DNA of 64,000 bases from Geosiphon pyriformis uo1 (taxonomy: Eukaryota; Fungi; Glomeromycota): NCBI GenBank assembly GCA_016748015.1, contig JAAOMT010000786.1:685814-749813 (forward strand), read 5' to 3'. A model generated the notes under the pieces. It made no database searches. It was not told the DNA's origin and saw nothing but the letters and a program-made list of their open reading frames with translations. This document shows positions 1-12,562 of the stretch, one piece after another. The translations under genes and the position numbers were made by a program. The stretch's first letter is position 1, and the number at the start of each line of letters is the position of its first letter.

Positions 1-1049
1 ATAAGTTATTAATTTATTCAAATGGTTTTATTTTCCAACTTTTACATAATAAATAAATTTTTAAAATACATACTTTTTTTGAAATGAAGTATATATTAAA
101 CATTATACTAACATTAAAATGACAGTTTTTGTTGAATAGCAATTTTAATAATACTATAATATTAGTTACATAATCTATATTAAAAGTAGACTTTAATAAT
201 AATAATAAAAAAGAACTTAATAAAATTGATCATTATATTTTTAAAAAAATGGCCAATAGAAAAATAAATGTAATGATATAGTGGAAGGTATATTACAAAA
301 AATATTTATCTAAATTAATATGTTATTAATAATTTAATATTTAGGCACATTAAACACAATTTTTTTGTTTTGCATATAGGATTTGTAATTATTTGGCAAT
401 TTAAAAATTATCTGTTGTTTTTGAATATGTCTTTTCTGCAAATAAAAATATAATTACAAATATAAAATTTTGCTTAATATCTAAAACTATAAGAGCAATA
501 CAGTGTTTTTAATCATAAATATAAAGACTATTGAAAAAAAAATTAAATAATAATATAGTATAATATAATGTTTTTAATAGTTGAATTTAAACATGTTTAT
601 AAATTTTAAACTAAACTTGAACCAGAATTGTTGTATGTGTTTAAATTTAGTTTAAGTTTAATAATTTTAAGTCTAATTCAGTATAAATTTGAAATTTTGC
701 CAAATTTTTTGTTTAAGTTTGGTTTAGTTTAGTGGTTCAATTAAACTTAAACCAAATTAGACTAAACATTGGAATTTTAGTCTGGTTTTATTAGACTTAA
801 GTTGGTTTTTAAAGACAATATTAAGTTGTTTTATATAAATTTTGGTTTTATAACTTCTTTAATTATAGTTATTAAAGTTTTTATTAGTGGTTTTTTTTTA
901 ATTATACTTAAGATTATAAAATCTTTTGTAATAGTTTCTGGCTTTTTTATTTTATAATATCCTAATTGATACATCTTTTAATAACATTAAAAATGCTTTT
1001 GGTATTTTTGGTGCTATTATTTTTATTAAATTAAAGTCTGTTGATTTGT

Positions 1050-2230
1050 AGCAATATGCTATTGTTAATTTTAAGAACTTTTTTCTGCTGTTGTTGTTTT
1101 TAGTAACTGGTTTGTATTAGTAAAAAAACAGTATTTGGATTTTTTTTTTTCTTAATTAAAAAAAATTATAAAATTTTTTTTAAAGCCAAATTGGTTAATT
1201 TTTTTTTCAGTTATACTATTTTTGAAATCAGTAATATAATTTTTTAGATTGGTAGTCATACTTGTTTTATTTCTTGTTTTCTGAATTTTTATTATTATTA
1301 ATATTTTGCTGTTGTTATTTTTAAGTCTTATAAAATATTAAAGTTTGTTATAGTAAAAACTAGTACTTTGTACAAATATTATATTTAATAAAAAATTTTT
1401 AGATACTAATACTATTATAGATATTAAAGTTTAAACTAATTGTCTGTTAATTATAAGATGTTTTCATTTTTTTTTTCTAAGTTGTCTTTTAAGTTTGTTG
1501 TTGGCTCTTAGTTTTTTGTATTATTTGTTGTTAATAATAAATTTTATACTATGGTTTTTGTCTCTCTGATTTTTTTTGTTGCTTTTTTGGCTGTTTCTGT
1601 TGTTAATTTTGTTATCAAGTTTAAATTAAATTTATTGAAATTTCAAATCTTAAGCTTAACTGCTTTGATAAAGTTTATTATTAAATCTATTGGTTTTTTG
1701 ATTGCTTTAATAACTTTTTTTGTGTTTGAAAATATGCATAAAAATTACAAAATCGAGAAAAATTTGCTTATTGTACTTAATACTTTTTAAAGCTTTGTTT
1801 CTTTTTTGGTTAATGTATTTAAAAACTTTGTTAATCTTAAAATTAAAGTTGAATTTAATAATATAAACAATAATTTAAGTGCTGTTAAAGCATGTTTTTT
1901 AAGTAAAAAACATGTAATTATATGATTATTTTGTGATAAATATGTAGTTTTAAAGTTAAAGATAGTATTAAGCAAATTAAACTGTTTTTAAGTGAGTTTA
2001 TTTTTGATTCTAGAAATTTAAATAATATTATTAAAAGATTTGATAAGCAAAATTTACTTTCAACTTTTTTTGGTTCAGCTTAATTAGTGTTTTAACTAAC
2101 TTAAATAGTTGATTATATATAGAAAATATATAATTGATATCTAATTTAAATTACTTAATTTAACATATTATATTGAATAGTTTTTGAACACACTTTATTA
2201 GAACATTAATAATAATAAAAACTTAATAAA
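1050..2230. repeat. Degenerate AT-rich dispersed repeat, copy A (inverted relative to copy B at ~18680-19849)
   Basis: Aligns by eye over ~1.2 kb with the reverse complement of 18680-19849, e.g. AATATGCATAAAAATTACAAAATCGAGAAAAATTTG vs AATATGTGTAAAAATTACAAAGTTAAAAAAAATTTG. ORF-track peptides 1551-1790(+) and 18984-19169(-) are similar. Confidence 0.85.
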
Positions 2231-2901
2231 AGTATACTTAATTAAAACAAATAAAAATAAAAATAAAAATATTTTATAAAATATTTTTAAATAGATTTTT
2301 AAAATTACAGACTAAATTTTATATAAAAAATAATTTAAAACTTATTATATTAATATACATAAATTATGATTTAAAAAAAATTTTGTTAAAAATTATAATT
2401 TGTTTATACATACATTATAATATTACATATAAACAATGTTTAATTATATATATTAATTAAAAACAAAATTGCAAATATAACAAATAGATTGTAATATTAT
2501 TTTTAATTATAATATTGTTTTATTTATAGCTTTTTAATAATAAAATAGTTACAATTAAAGATATTATTAAAAATAAAATGTTGCTTTTATAAAATAATGC
2601 AAATTCGAAATCAATAAATTTTTTGTTATAAATTTACACTTGACATTTACAAGTTCAATAAATCTCCTTAAAATGTAATTGGTTTGCCTTGGTTTGATTT
2701 GACATAGTTAACTTTTATTATTGAAGTTCAAATTGTTGGCTTAGGCCCTTGGACTACATTCATTGGGAAGCTAAACTCCAAAATATCACGCTTCGGTTTT
2801 TTTGCTCAGATCATAATTCACCATCAAAAGAAACCAAACCAATTGGATTCCTAAATGTTTTAGGACATATGGAATCAAATGGCTTAAAGGAATACAATAA
2901 A

Positions 2902-4495
2902 TCATTCACTCTCGCTCCAAGAATCTTCATCCAGCTAAAGTTTACAAAGACGATTTTAGACCACAATAGGGTATATCCTTGAGTTCAAGAGATGAAGAAA
3001 ATATATTTGAATTACCATAAAATCATCCATATCTTCTCCGTACTGATCTTCAATCTTTGACCGCCAAACGAGAATACGATTATCATTGTCCCCAGAATAT
3101 AGCTCCTATGGAATAAGAGGGAATTAAATCTTTCGAGATTTTTTTTCAAAATTATCATGAGAAATGCATACGTGTCGATGTCGTCTATACGCAGCACAGT
3201 TTATTCGGGAAAGAGGCCCGCGTAATTGCTTCACTAGTACACCTTGATACAATTGGAATACTAAAATTCGTGAATCGCTGGAAGGATAAAAGACTAAAGG
3301 AGGAAAACATTCATCTAAAGGGGTGATAGTTAACGGTAACGAAAGTTGCGTTGAGTTGGAAATGTACGTATTATTGTATTGAACCTGATATAATAAAAAA
3401 TATATATTGAGACAAAATTCCCTCGATATGTATAGAATAAATAATGAGAATAGGTTGACAACCATAGTATTTTTTCCCGTATATATGTCCCACAGGCGTA
3501 AAGTGTTATCTCTTCCAGTAGTGAGCAAATGAAGGCCATCGGAAGTAAATGACAATCCGTTTATGATCCCATCGTGTGCCTTGTTTTTCAGCGAAGACGG
3601 CATACCTATAATTTAAATTATATGTCATCAGAAACCTTTTAATATGGAATAGAAATTCAATAACTTCTTGCCTTTATTCTGACTATCTAAAGATATTAAA
3701 CACTTGTTCATTCTTCTTGAATCCCAGATTCGAACTGTATGGTCAGCACTGTCAAAGAAAACAACAATGGTCTTAATTAATGTTTTGCATGACTTTGCGA
3801 TCGTCAGAGAATTGTTGAAAAATTATTACCTTCCAGATGCCAGCATGAATCCATACCGCGGTGACCACTGCACGCAAAAAACTGGAGCTGTATGACCTTA
3901 GATGTCCATTTAATTTTTGTTTGAATGATTGATTGATTGAATCAAAAACAAATAGATTTGAATACCTTGAAAGTACCTGTCAAGGACATGAGTGCAAGTC
4001 GACTTCGGGGATCACACAACCGAATATCCTGATGCGATAGGGCAGCTTTAACAAAAAATTTTCAAATGAACGAAGAAATTAAGTTAATTATCAAAGTTTA
4101 ATCTATAATACCAACCTGCAATATACCTATGATCAGCGGTCGGAGATAAGGCAAGGGAATAGACAAAATCATCAAATCTATATGTACATATATCCTTCAC
4201 ATTTCATGATCGAGTCCGAGCCAACAAAAAATGTTAATATTCATTTCATCCCAAGGAAAAAATGATCCAAACGATTAAAAAGAAAACTGTTACTAAAAAC
4301 AAACCTTCATCGTTTCAACATCCCAGATTTTGATGGTCTTATCCATCGAAGAACTTGCGAAATAGCCACTATGATTAGGATACCATTTCAAGCAGGTGAC
4401 CGAGTATCGATGGCCCTCGTTTCTATCATTTGCATAAGAGATAGGATTTCTTTATTTTCAAGGATCAAGGGCAATGCTTTGATTGATAGATAGAT

Positions 4496-4530
<35 letters not shown>

Positions 4531-4967
4531 AAAGAAAAGTAATAATACCTTTGTATATCAACTACCGACTCGAAACGTATATTTTGATCCAAGGAATTTG
4601 GCGTGGAGTTTCTTTCCAAATCATATAATCGTATTTCAGAATCGGCAGCACCAGATAGCAAGCTATGGTACATCCAAAAAAAGTGAAAAGGAAATTGAGC
4701 TCAATTATCCTTTACGCAGCAATTCCTCAAAGCTTCTATATATTTAATAGTCATCAAACACATAAAATGTCTATTTTTTCCATAAAATACAACCTATCTT
4801 CCTTCCATATTATCTACATCCAAAGAACTCACTGGAGCAGAGTGCTCTCTCGCGAATTCCGTTTTGGTGCATAAATCGATAGAGTATAAGCGTCGGGAAG
4901 CTTCCCAGCGTTGAAGAAAGTTTGGCGACTGTTGACCAAGTTCTCTTGCTAGCAAAAGTTTATTCAT
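2902..4967 (-). CDS. ERCC8: WD40-repeat transcription-coupled repair protein, CSA/ERCC8 (Rad28/Ckn1) ortholog; 11 exons
   Basis: Spliced translation MNKLLLARELG...EGRYLLSGAADSEIRLYDL...GHRYSVTCLKWYP...SSMDKTIKIWD...[31 protein letters not shown]...ELYSG...DEDSWSESE* is colinear with human CSA motifs ([40 protein letters not shown], ELYSG). Intron 1 has a non-canonical donor (see findings). Confidence 0.9.
4485..4539. repeat. (GATA)n/(GAAA)n microsatellite in CSA intron 2
   Basis: gatagatagatagaaagaaagaaag... read directly. Confidence 0.9.
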
Positions 4968-5231
4968 GCTGGGGAGCGATCAGACTTCAAGAGAAATGTA
5001 AAATTTAATTTTCGTGAGATAAATTAGATTTTCCCACCATTAACTCTGCGTCATGATAGATGGAAAATAGATCAATCAAACGCGCATTAAATCATCATTT
5101 TATCGTCATCACTTTTACCCTGTCGTAATAATCTCGTGATTAATAAAACATAACGAAACCATATATAAACATCTTTTGAATCACTCCCTATCAGCACGCA
5201 GAGTTTTTTAATTCTAAAAAAAAAAATCGAA
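4968..5231. promoter_or_regulatory. Divergent (bidirectional) promoter region between CSA and PDC; TATA-like TATATAAA at ~5162-5169
   Basis: 264 bp between head-to-head ATGs; TATATAAA ~65 bp upstream of the PDC ATG; CpGs retained. Confidence 0.55.
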
Positions 5232-7362
5232 ATGCCCTTCACGAACGAAACCTCTACTAAGATCCCTATTGGATCCTATCTTGTGGGCCGGCTCAAAGAA
5301 ATGGGCGTTGGTCACGTGTTTGGTGTACCTGGTGATTTTAACATGGAGTTTTTGGACGTGATAGAGGAGACTGATGGGGTGAAATGGATAGGTGGATGCA
5401 ACGAATTGAACGCTGGATACGCTGCTGATGGTTATGCTAGGATCAACGGGATCGCGGTAAAGTTACTACCAATCTTGTAAATATCAATTGAATGCAGAAC
5501 GATCCCAATTTAAAGGACCTTTAGTCTTTTTGAAGATCGGAGGGTTTTTAAAGTTTTTGCCTAATCAAATTACAAGTGCTCTCGAAACTTTCAAGTGATT
5601 TCAATTATGCTCAAATGAATAAGGTTGATTAATATATTTTAAATGCTGAATTCTTAAGGCTCTCGTCACTACATTTGGAGTGGGTGAACTTTCAACAATA
5701 AATGCAGTTGCCGGCTCTTTTGCCGAAAAAGTCCCTGTAGTTCATATCGTAGGGACCCCATCAACCAAGATTCAATCGAAAGGTTTTCTCATGCATCACA
5801 CGCTTGGTAAAGGCGATTACAAAGTTTACGCCAAAATGTACGAATCAGTCACAGTTGCACAAACTAATTTGACACAAGCCAACGCAAAATTCGAGATTGA
5901 TAGAATTTTACGTGAATGCTGGCTTAAATCACAACCAGTTTATATTTCACTTCCTTTCGATATATGTCCTAAAGAAATCGAGGCGGATCTTTCAGTTCCG
6001 TTGGACTTGATGATTCCCGAAAATCCTCATGAAAGTGAACATGCGGCTATTAGTCAAATTCTTGATGCTATTCACCATGCTGATCGTACAATCGTCCTGG
6101 TGGATGGCGGTGCGGGCAGGCATCGTGTGATTAACGAATTAATAAAATTTATTGACCACACAAAATTTCCTTTTTTCGCGTCCCCAATGGGTAAAGGTTT
6201 GGTTAGTGAAGATCACCCGTTGTTTGGGGGTATATACATCGGATCCGTTAGCGAACCCCATATTAAACACGAAGTTGAAACATCTAATTTAATTATTGCT
6301 GTTGGCAGGATCAAAACGGATTTTAATACCGGGTATTCTTGGGTCTTTCTCGTGATTCACTTTGATTGCTTGTGACTTTTTTTATTCTGACCGATTTTTA
6401 TGTAGCGGTTTATCCTATCATCTTTCAGCTGCCAAAACAATTGAACTTCATGATGATCATGTAAAGATTTTTTATGCGACTTACGAAAATGTGGGCATGA
6501 AAAGGCTCCTACCTAAATTAACAAAAAGTATTGAGAATCATCTTTCATCACCTCTGACTCTACAACCTGTCTATCAACCCGCCCCAAGCGCTTCCGATGT
6601 TGAAAGAAAGAAAATTACACATGGATGGCTATGGCCAAAAATCGCGTCGAAAGTCCTCAAAAAAAACGATGTCATCGTCGGAGAAGTAGGAACATCTATG
6701 TTCGGGTTGATGGATATAAGGTTTCCGGAAGGTGCAATTTGGGTCAGTCAAGTCTATTATGGGAGTATTGGATACACTGTCGGTGCTACCTTGGGTGCGG
6801 GCCACGCAATCGAGAATTCTAAAGAAGAAAGACGCGTCTTGTTGTTTATTGGTGATGGGTCTTTGTACGAAATTTCCAGTTCTATTTTTTGATTCATTGG
6901 CTGCAGACAATTCTTAAATAATATGAAATTTCTCACAGGCAAGTAACGGTTCAAGAAATTTCTACGATGATTCGTTCCGGCCTATCCCCAATCATCTTCG
7001 TAATCAACAATGATGGGTATACAATTGAACGGCTGATCCATGGGAAAATGGAAAGCGAGTATAACGATATTCAACCTTGGCAATATATGAAATTGCTAGA
7101 GTTTTTTGGAGCCGGTAATAGAGGTAAAATTTAGTAAAAATTGTAAAATTTTAATTTTTGCTTAAACAAATAAATTACATTATTATTTCACGCAGGCCAC
7201 TCCACAAAAATTCAAACTAAACAAGAATTGGAAGATTTTATTCCACGTTTGAATACCACTTCCGGTTTGCACCTTATTGAAATTGTAATGGATAAACGTG
7301 ACGGACCACGCGCGTTGCTGGGAACTATAAAAGAAAATAAGAAAAGGCAAGAGGGGAAATAG
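5232..7362 (+). CDS. PDC: ThDP-dependent pyruvate/2-oxoacid decarboxylase (PDC/IPDC family); 5 exons
   Basis: Motifs [41 protein letters not shown], ThDP-binding [13 protein letters not shown]...NNDGYTIE; four GT-AG introns restore the frame; stop TAG at 7360-7362. Confidence 0.93.
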
Positions 7363-7558
7363 ACTAATAGCGAATAGATTCGAAAATAGAAAATATAGAT
7401 ATTGGTGAAAACCTAATTTTAAATACAGCTCTACAATTTCGTCTTTATATAATGGGTTCTTGTGGTTGACCAAAAAAACTGAAATGATTGACTAAGAGTT
7501 AATCTTTCTGATCAAATAATAATGAAATTTTTTTTGGTTCCCCTTTTTAATATTGCCA

Positions 7559-9954
7559 ATGTCGTCAATAGTAAAACCCACCATTCTTTCTCTTCCCGTT
7601 GAAGATTTTACTTCTTTTTTACGTGTTCAAGGCATTTCAGCCTTCCATTTTGTTTACAGCCCCAAACTTGGGAAAACTATAGCTTCGAACCCCATTCTCC
7701 AACAAATTGGAGATTATTTTGCCCAAGAGCAGACTGATTTTGATTATCACGAAGGTGTTTTTGGGCAAGTGAGTTGAAAATGGGCAGGAGGGTTTCAGTT
7801 GATGAATTTCTTGATGATTTAGAAAATGATAACTACAAACGCTGTATAACTTTTTGATTCATAATTTATTCGTTCGCGCCTTTAGATAGGGCCAAAATCG
7901 GGAGTATTACAGGTACAAAGTCAAAATATCTTGATCGGTTCTTTTGACACAACACTGATTATTCATAAATCGCACCGATCTCTTAGGGTGCCTTCGTCCA
8001 CCGTACGTGTCGTGGTGCCGCTGCTGGTGGGGTGCGAAATTGGACATATGAGACAGTAGAGGATTGGTTCCGTGATGGGTTGCGTTTATCCAAGGGTATG
8101 ACCCATAAAAATGCTTTGGCACAACTATGGTGGGGTGGTGGAAAAGGTGTTATAGTTATGAATACCGGAAAAGGCTTGTAAGTTTGCAAATTCCAATAAT
8201 CTTGAATGCTCGGTTAAATTCAAATTTGAGTCAAATCCATATATGTCTAGACAACCTGAATCTACTTTGGAACAACGGCGTGAAGTGTATGAAGAGTATG
8301 GAAGTTTCATAAGGTAGACCACTGAATTATTATTCCATCTGAAATAGGAAAAATTGCTTCATTACTAAATTTTATCTGATCTCATAGTTCCTTAAAAGGC
8401 TGTTATGTGACGGCTGAAGACGTAGGAACAACAGGTGGAGAACTCTTCACAGATGTTAATCTCAATAATTGAACATTATCTAACTATTGCATCACATCTT
8501 CAACAGAACGTGATATGAAAGCTGTCTTTGCGAAAACGCGCTTTACCACTTGTATACCACCTAGTCTTGGTGGATCAGGAAATCCGAGTGGTCCAACGGT
8601 TAATGAGAATTATTTTTGAGCTACTTTATCCATTCAGTCTTTTAACCGATATTTCTCAATAAATCAGGCGCGTGGTGTGATTCGTGGTCTTGAAGCTGCC
8701 TTCAAACAAGTCGGAAAATGCTTGAAAGATTCAAGCATTGCTGTTCAGGTGGGAAAAATTATTCGGTTGAATCCTTTGGATTTTCTACCAAGATATTGAT
8801 GTAGACGGGATTAATTCATGATAAAGGGAGCTGGAAATGTTGGATCATGGGTTATCAATTTCCTATTGGCAAAAGAAGTTGGCCGTATCATAGTTAGCGA
8901 TGTGAACTCTTCCCAACTCACGAGGCTCATTCACAAATATCCCAAGGAAACCGAGAGTGGGCAAATCATCACAAAACTTTCTTCTTTAGGGGAAAATTCG
9001 ATATTATTTGAAGGTAATTTATCGTAATCCATGTATCTGGACGAAAAAAATAGAATCTTATATTGAGGAAGCCTCAATTTCACATATTTTACAGAAGTTG
9101 ACGCGGTATCTCCATGTGCGGTTGGTGGAATTCTAAACCCACTAACCATACCGCAAATTAAAGCTAAAATTATATGTGGGGCTGCCAATAATCAGCTGGG
9201 TGGTGAGTATTGCTATTATATGGTTTTGTGAGCTATTTTCAGAGGGTGGAGTTATAATGGATACGCTGCACACGTTTTGTTCATTTCTGATGACAAAAAA
9301 TAGTTAAAGGCATAACTTTTTCGCTTTGAGATATTGATTATTTCTTTTATCGTCAGATCTTTCAAAAGATGATAAACTGATCGCCGAACGTGGAATCCTC
9401 TATGTGCCGGGTGAGTGTTGCTCTATTCAATATTATCTCCTCTTTATTACTAACTATCTTTCTCTGTTTATAATAACGAGTTTAGACTTCTTGGTGAATC
9501 GGATGGGTAAATAATTAAAGCGTTTAATTTTGGAGTAATTTCTATAATTCACTCTTTCTATTAATCAGGTATAGTTAACTGCGCTGATGAGGGCGTTGGC
9601 TATGTGGACGATGATCCACGGATTGAAATGCATTTAGGTGACACATGGGAGGTAGGTTATTAGGCTTTGATAATATCCTCGATGCAAATTCAATAGAATC
9701 TATGCTAATTTTTTGTTTTTGAAAATTAGAATTCAATTTATAATCTTACACTACAGGTTTTAAGTGATTCTGCTTCCAGTAATCGCACCCCACAACAAGT
9801 TGCCATTACGTTAGCTGAAAGTCGAAGCTTTGAGCTGCATCCGATATGGGGTCATCGTGGGGTAGAAATAATCGAAAGTTTGATAAAGAATCAAGAATGG
9901 AATGATAAATTAACTATTAATCAAAATGAATCAAAGACATTAAGAATAAGCTAG
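7559..9954 (+). CDS. Glu/Leu/Phe/Val dehydrogenase family protein, leucine-dehydrogenase-like; 13 exons
   Basis: Spliced motifs [67 protein letters not shown] (NAD-binding), [31 protein letters not shown]; 12 GT-AG introns; stop TAG at 9952-9954. Confidence 0.9.
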
Positions 9955-10597
9955 GCTAAGGATCGTTAAAAATATTGAACATAGAACATGATTTCTAGAT
10001 ATTGTGCAATTTCATGTTTGAATGCGTGGATGAGCCAACTGAAAAGAAATTCATAAACTAGTAGTTTTTAAAATGATTTATCACAATAAAAGAGTATCAA
10101 TATACCTCATGATATTCAAAGCCTTAAGGGAACCGCTATTCTAGGTTTTCTAATAAATTTCCATAACTTCCTTTTGTATCTTGACTTTCGTCTCGTCTAA
10201 AACTTTTTTCGAACCTTTTTAGCACTAAATCCAATAAATTTTTGCCTGGTTTACGCTCTATGTCTCTCTCGTACAAGAAATATGCTAGAGAGCCAACAAA
10301 TATTGAAAGAGCAATGTCACCACGACTATTAAGTATTGTGATTGAGTAGATAAAATTAGTAAATCACTATGGCGAAACGCGTTTCACGTTTAAATAGGCA
10401 GCAATTACCGGGATATAATATAGGTATAAGGAACCTGCGTCATGACTGAGTTTAGTAGAACAAAAAATTTTGGAAACTCCTGGTCAATATTTATCATTGT
10501 CTCTCGTCACGTGTAATGATAATCGTTTAAAAATTGTAAAAATAAGGATACCAACAATCAAATTATCATTCTAAAGTGATCCTATCCTAAATAAATA

Positions 10598-10945
10598 ATG
10601 CCACCAACATTCTCAACCCGACCGTTAAACGAAGCCAAATTTTTCAAATTGATGAAGAGACAACCGTTCCTTTTATTTGGGTTACCATTTGTAGTATGTA
10701 TAGTTGGTGGATCTTTTGGGTTATCGGTATTAACACGAGCAAGATATGATTTAGATCAGCAACAAAAGTCCACGGTTGGTTTATTAAGGATGAATGAATG
10801 AATGAATTAATTAATTAATTAATGGATGAATTAATGAATCCTAAAGTTAATTAAACAAATTTAAAATCTATTGCTAAATTCACTTTTTTGATTTATTCAT
10901 ACGTAGGTAACAAAAGAAGAAGAATTAAAGCTACAGAAGAATCGG
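10598..10945 (+). CDS. COX16: Cytochrome c oxidase assembly protein Cox16 (3' end lost in assembly gap)
   Basis: PFLLFGLPFVVCIVGGSFGLSVLTRARYD, then after a GT-AG intron VTKEEELKLQKNR, typical of Cox16; runs into the N gap. Confidence 0.85.
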
Positions 10946-11536
10946 NNNNNNNNNNNNNNNNNNNNNNNNNNNNNNNNNNNNNNNNNNNNNNNNNNNNNNN
11001 NNNNNNNNNNNNNNNNNNNNNNNNNNNNNNNNNNNNNNNNNNNNNNNNNNNNNNNNNNNNNNNNNNNNNNNNNNNNNNNNNNNNNNNNNNNNNNNNNNNN
11101 NNNNNNNNNNNNNNNNNNNNNNNNNNNNNNNNNNNNNNNNNNNNNNNNNNNNNNNNNNNNNNNNNNNNNNNNNNNNNNNNNNNNNNNNNNNNNNNNNNNN
11201 NNNNNNNNNNNNNNNNNNNNNNNNNNNNNNNNNNNNNNNNNNNNNNNNNNNNNNNNNNNNNNNNNNNNNNNNNNNNNNNNNNNNNNNNNNNNNNNNNNNN
11301 NNNNNNNNNNNNNNNNNNNNNNNNNNNNNNNNNNNNNNNNNNNNNNNNNNNNNNNNNNNNNNNNNNNNNNNNNNNNNNNNNNNNNNNNNNNNNNNNNNNN
11401 NNNNNNNNNNNNNNNNNNNNNNNNNNNNNNNNNNNNNNNNNNNNNNNNNNNNNNNNNNNNNNNNNNNNNNNNNNNNNNNNNNNNNNNNNNNNNNNNNNNN
11501 NNNNNNNNNNNNNNNNNNNNNNNNNNNNNNNNNNNN
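10946..11536. other. Assembly gap (N run) followed by a poly-A tract
   Basis: Ns in the sequence. Confidence 1.
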
Positions 11537-11596
<60 letters not shown>

Positions 11597-12562
11597 TGCA
11601 TCCCCTAATTGTTAAAAATTAATTAAAAAAGTGTGTGTCGCCTAGTAAAAATAACATGTTTCATAAATAGAAGCGATAATAATAATTGTGTATTCCCAAT
11701 AATGACGCCAAGTAACACCGATCGCAAATTAGCGCAAATTAGCGCAATTCACTGTAAAGCTCAAACTTACGTATTTAAGCCATACAGCATTGTTTGTCAC
11801 AATAATAACATTAAGCGAATCTACGGGTTTACTTTTTTTAATAAATATCGCGTAAAAAAAAAATTAAAAATATCGCGTATCCAATTACGTAAGAAAAAAT
11901 ATTCGGTACAATGTGATTGAGTTTATTATTTTCGATATTGCATGTTTTTTGTTAATGATTTTAATAATGAAATGATTTAGATCCTTTGATTTTGAATGAA
12001 TATGAATTTAAAAATGCAATGAAATGGAGAACAACCTTTGTAAGGTATGCTCATATGCTAGAGTTATTTGTACGTTATCATTCTTTGAAAAAAGGGAAAA
12101 GAGAAATTTTGTACAAGAGATATATAGATAGAGAGACAAACTGATGAATAGATAGACAGATAGGTAAAGTAGATACTAAATAAGAAAAGAAAAAAAGTGT
12201 CATGAATACTAAATACTAATTGAAAACTTTTGTACATGAAAAAAAAATGATAAAAATTTTTAAAAAGAAAAAAAAATGCAAGTAGACAAGAAAAAAACCA
12301 TATTCTTACTCGTCGTGATGGTTGTCTTTCGTTTCATTTACATAAAAGTAAGGACAAACAAACCAACAAATAAATAGTCCTGGGTCCGGCCCAAATTACC
12401 CTCAACCTCAAAAAACAAATCCACATGATATAATTACTCAATCAATAAATCAATCTCTCATTCTCTGGAAAAAAAAAATACAATTTTTTGTAAAGTCCGT
12501 GTCGGAATAAGGATTTTGTCGTTAAAATACTTCATACCGCACGCAAAAAACCGACATTTCTC

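Noticed and set aside
6333-6405. U12-type intron in PDC (GTATTCTT donor)
   Set aside because: Mismatch to the GTATCCTT consensus and no TCCTTAAC branch point; compatible with a U2 intron.
7559-9954. Recent horizontal transfer from a cyanobacterial or bacterial symbiont (e.g. Nostoc TrpDH)
   Set aside because: Twelve introns and host-like composition indicate long eukaryotic residence; the host taxon is itself only inferred.
10888-11622. 244-aa and 234-aa ORFs in the ORF track
   Set aside because: Artefacts of the N gap and poly-A tract.
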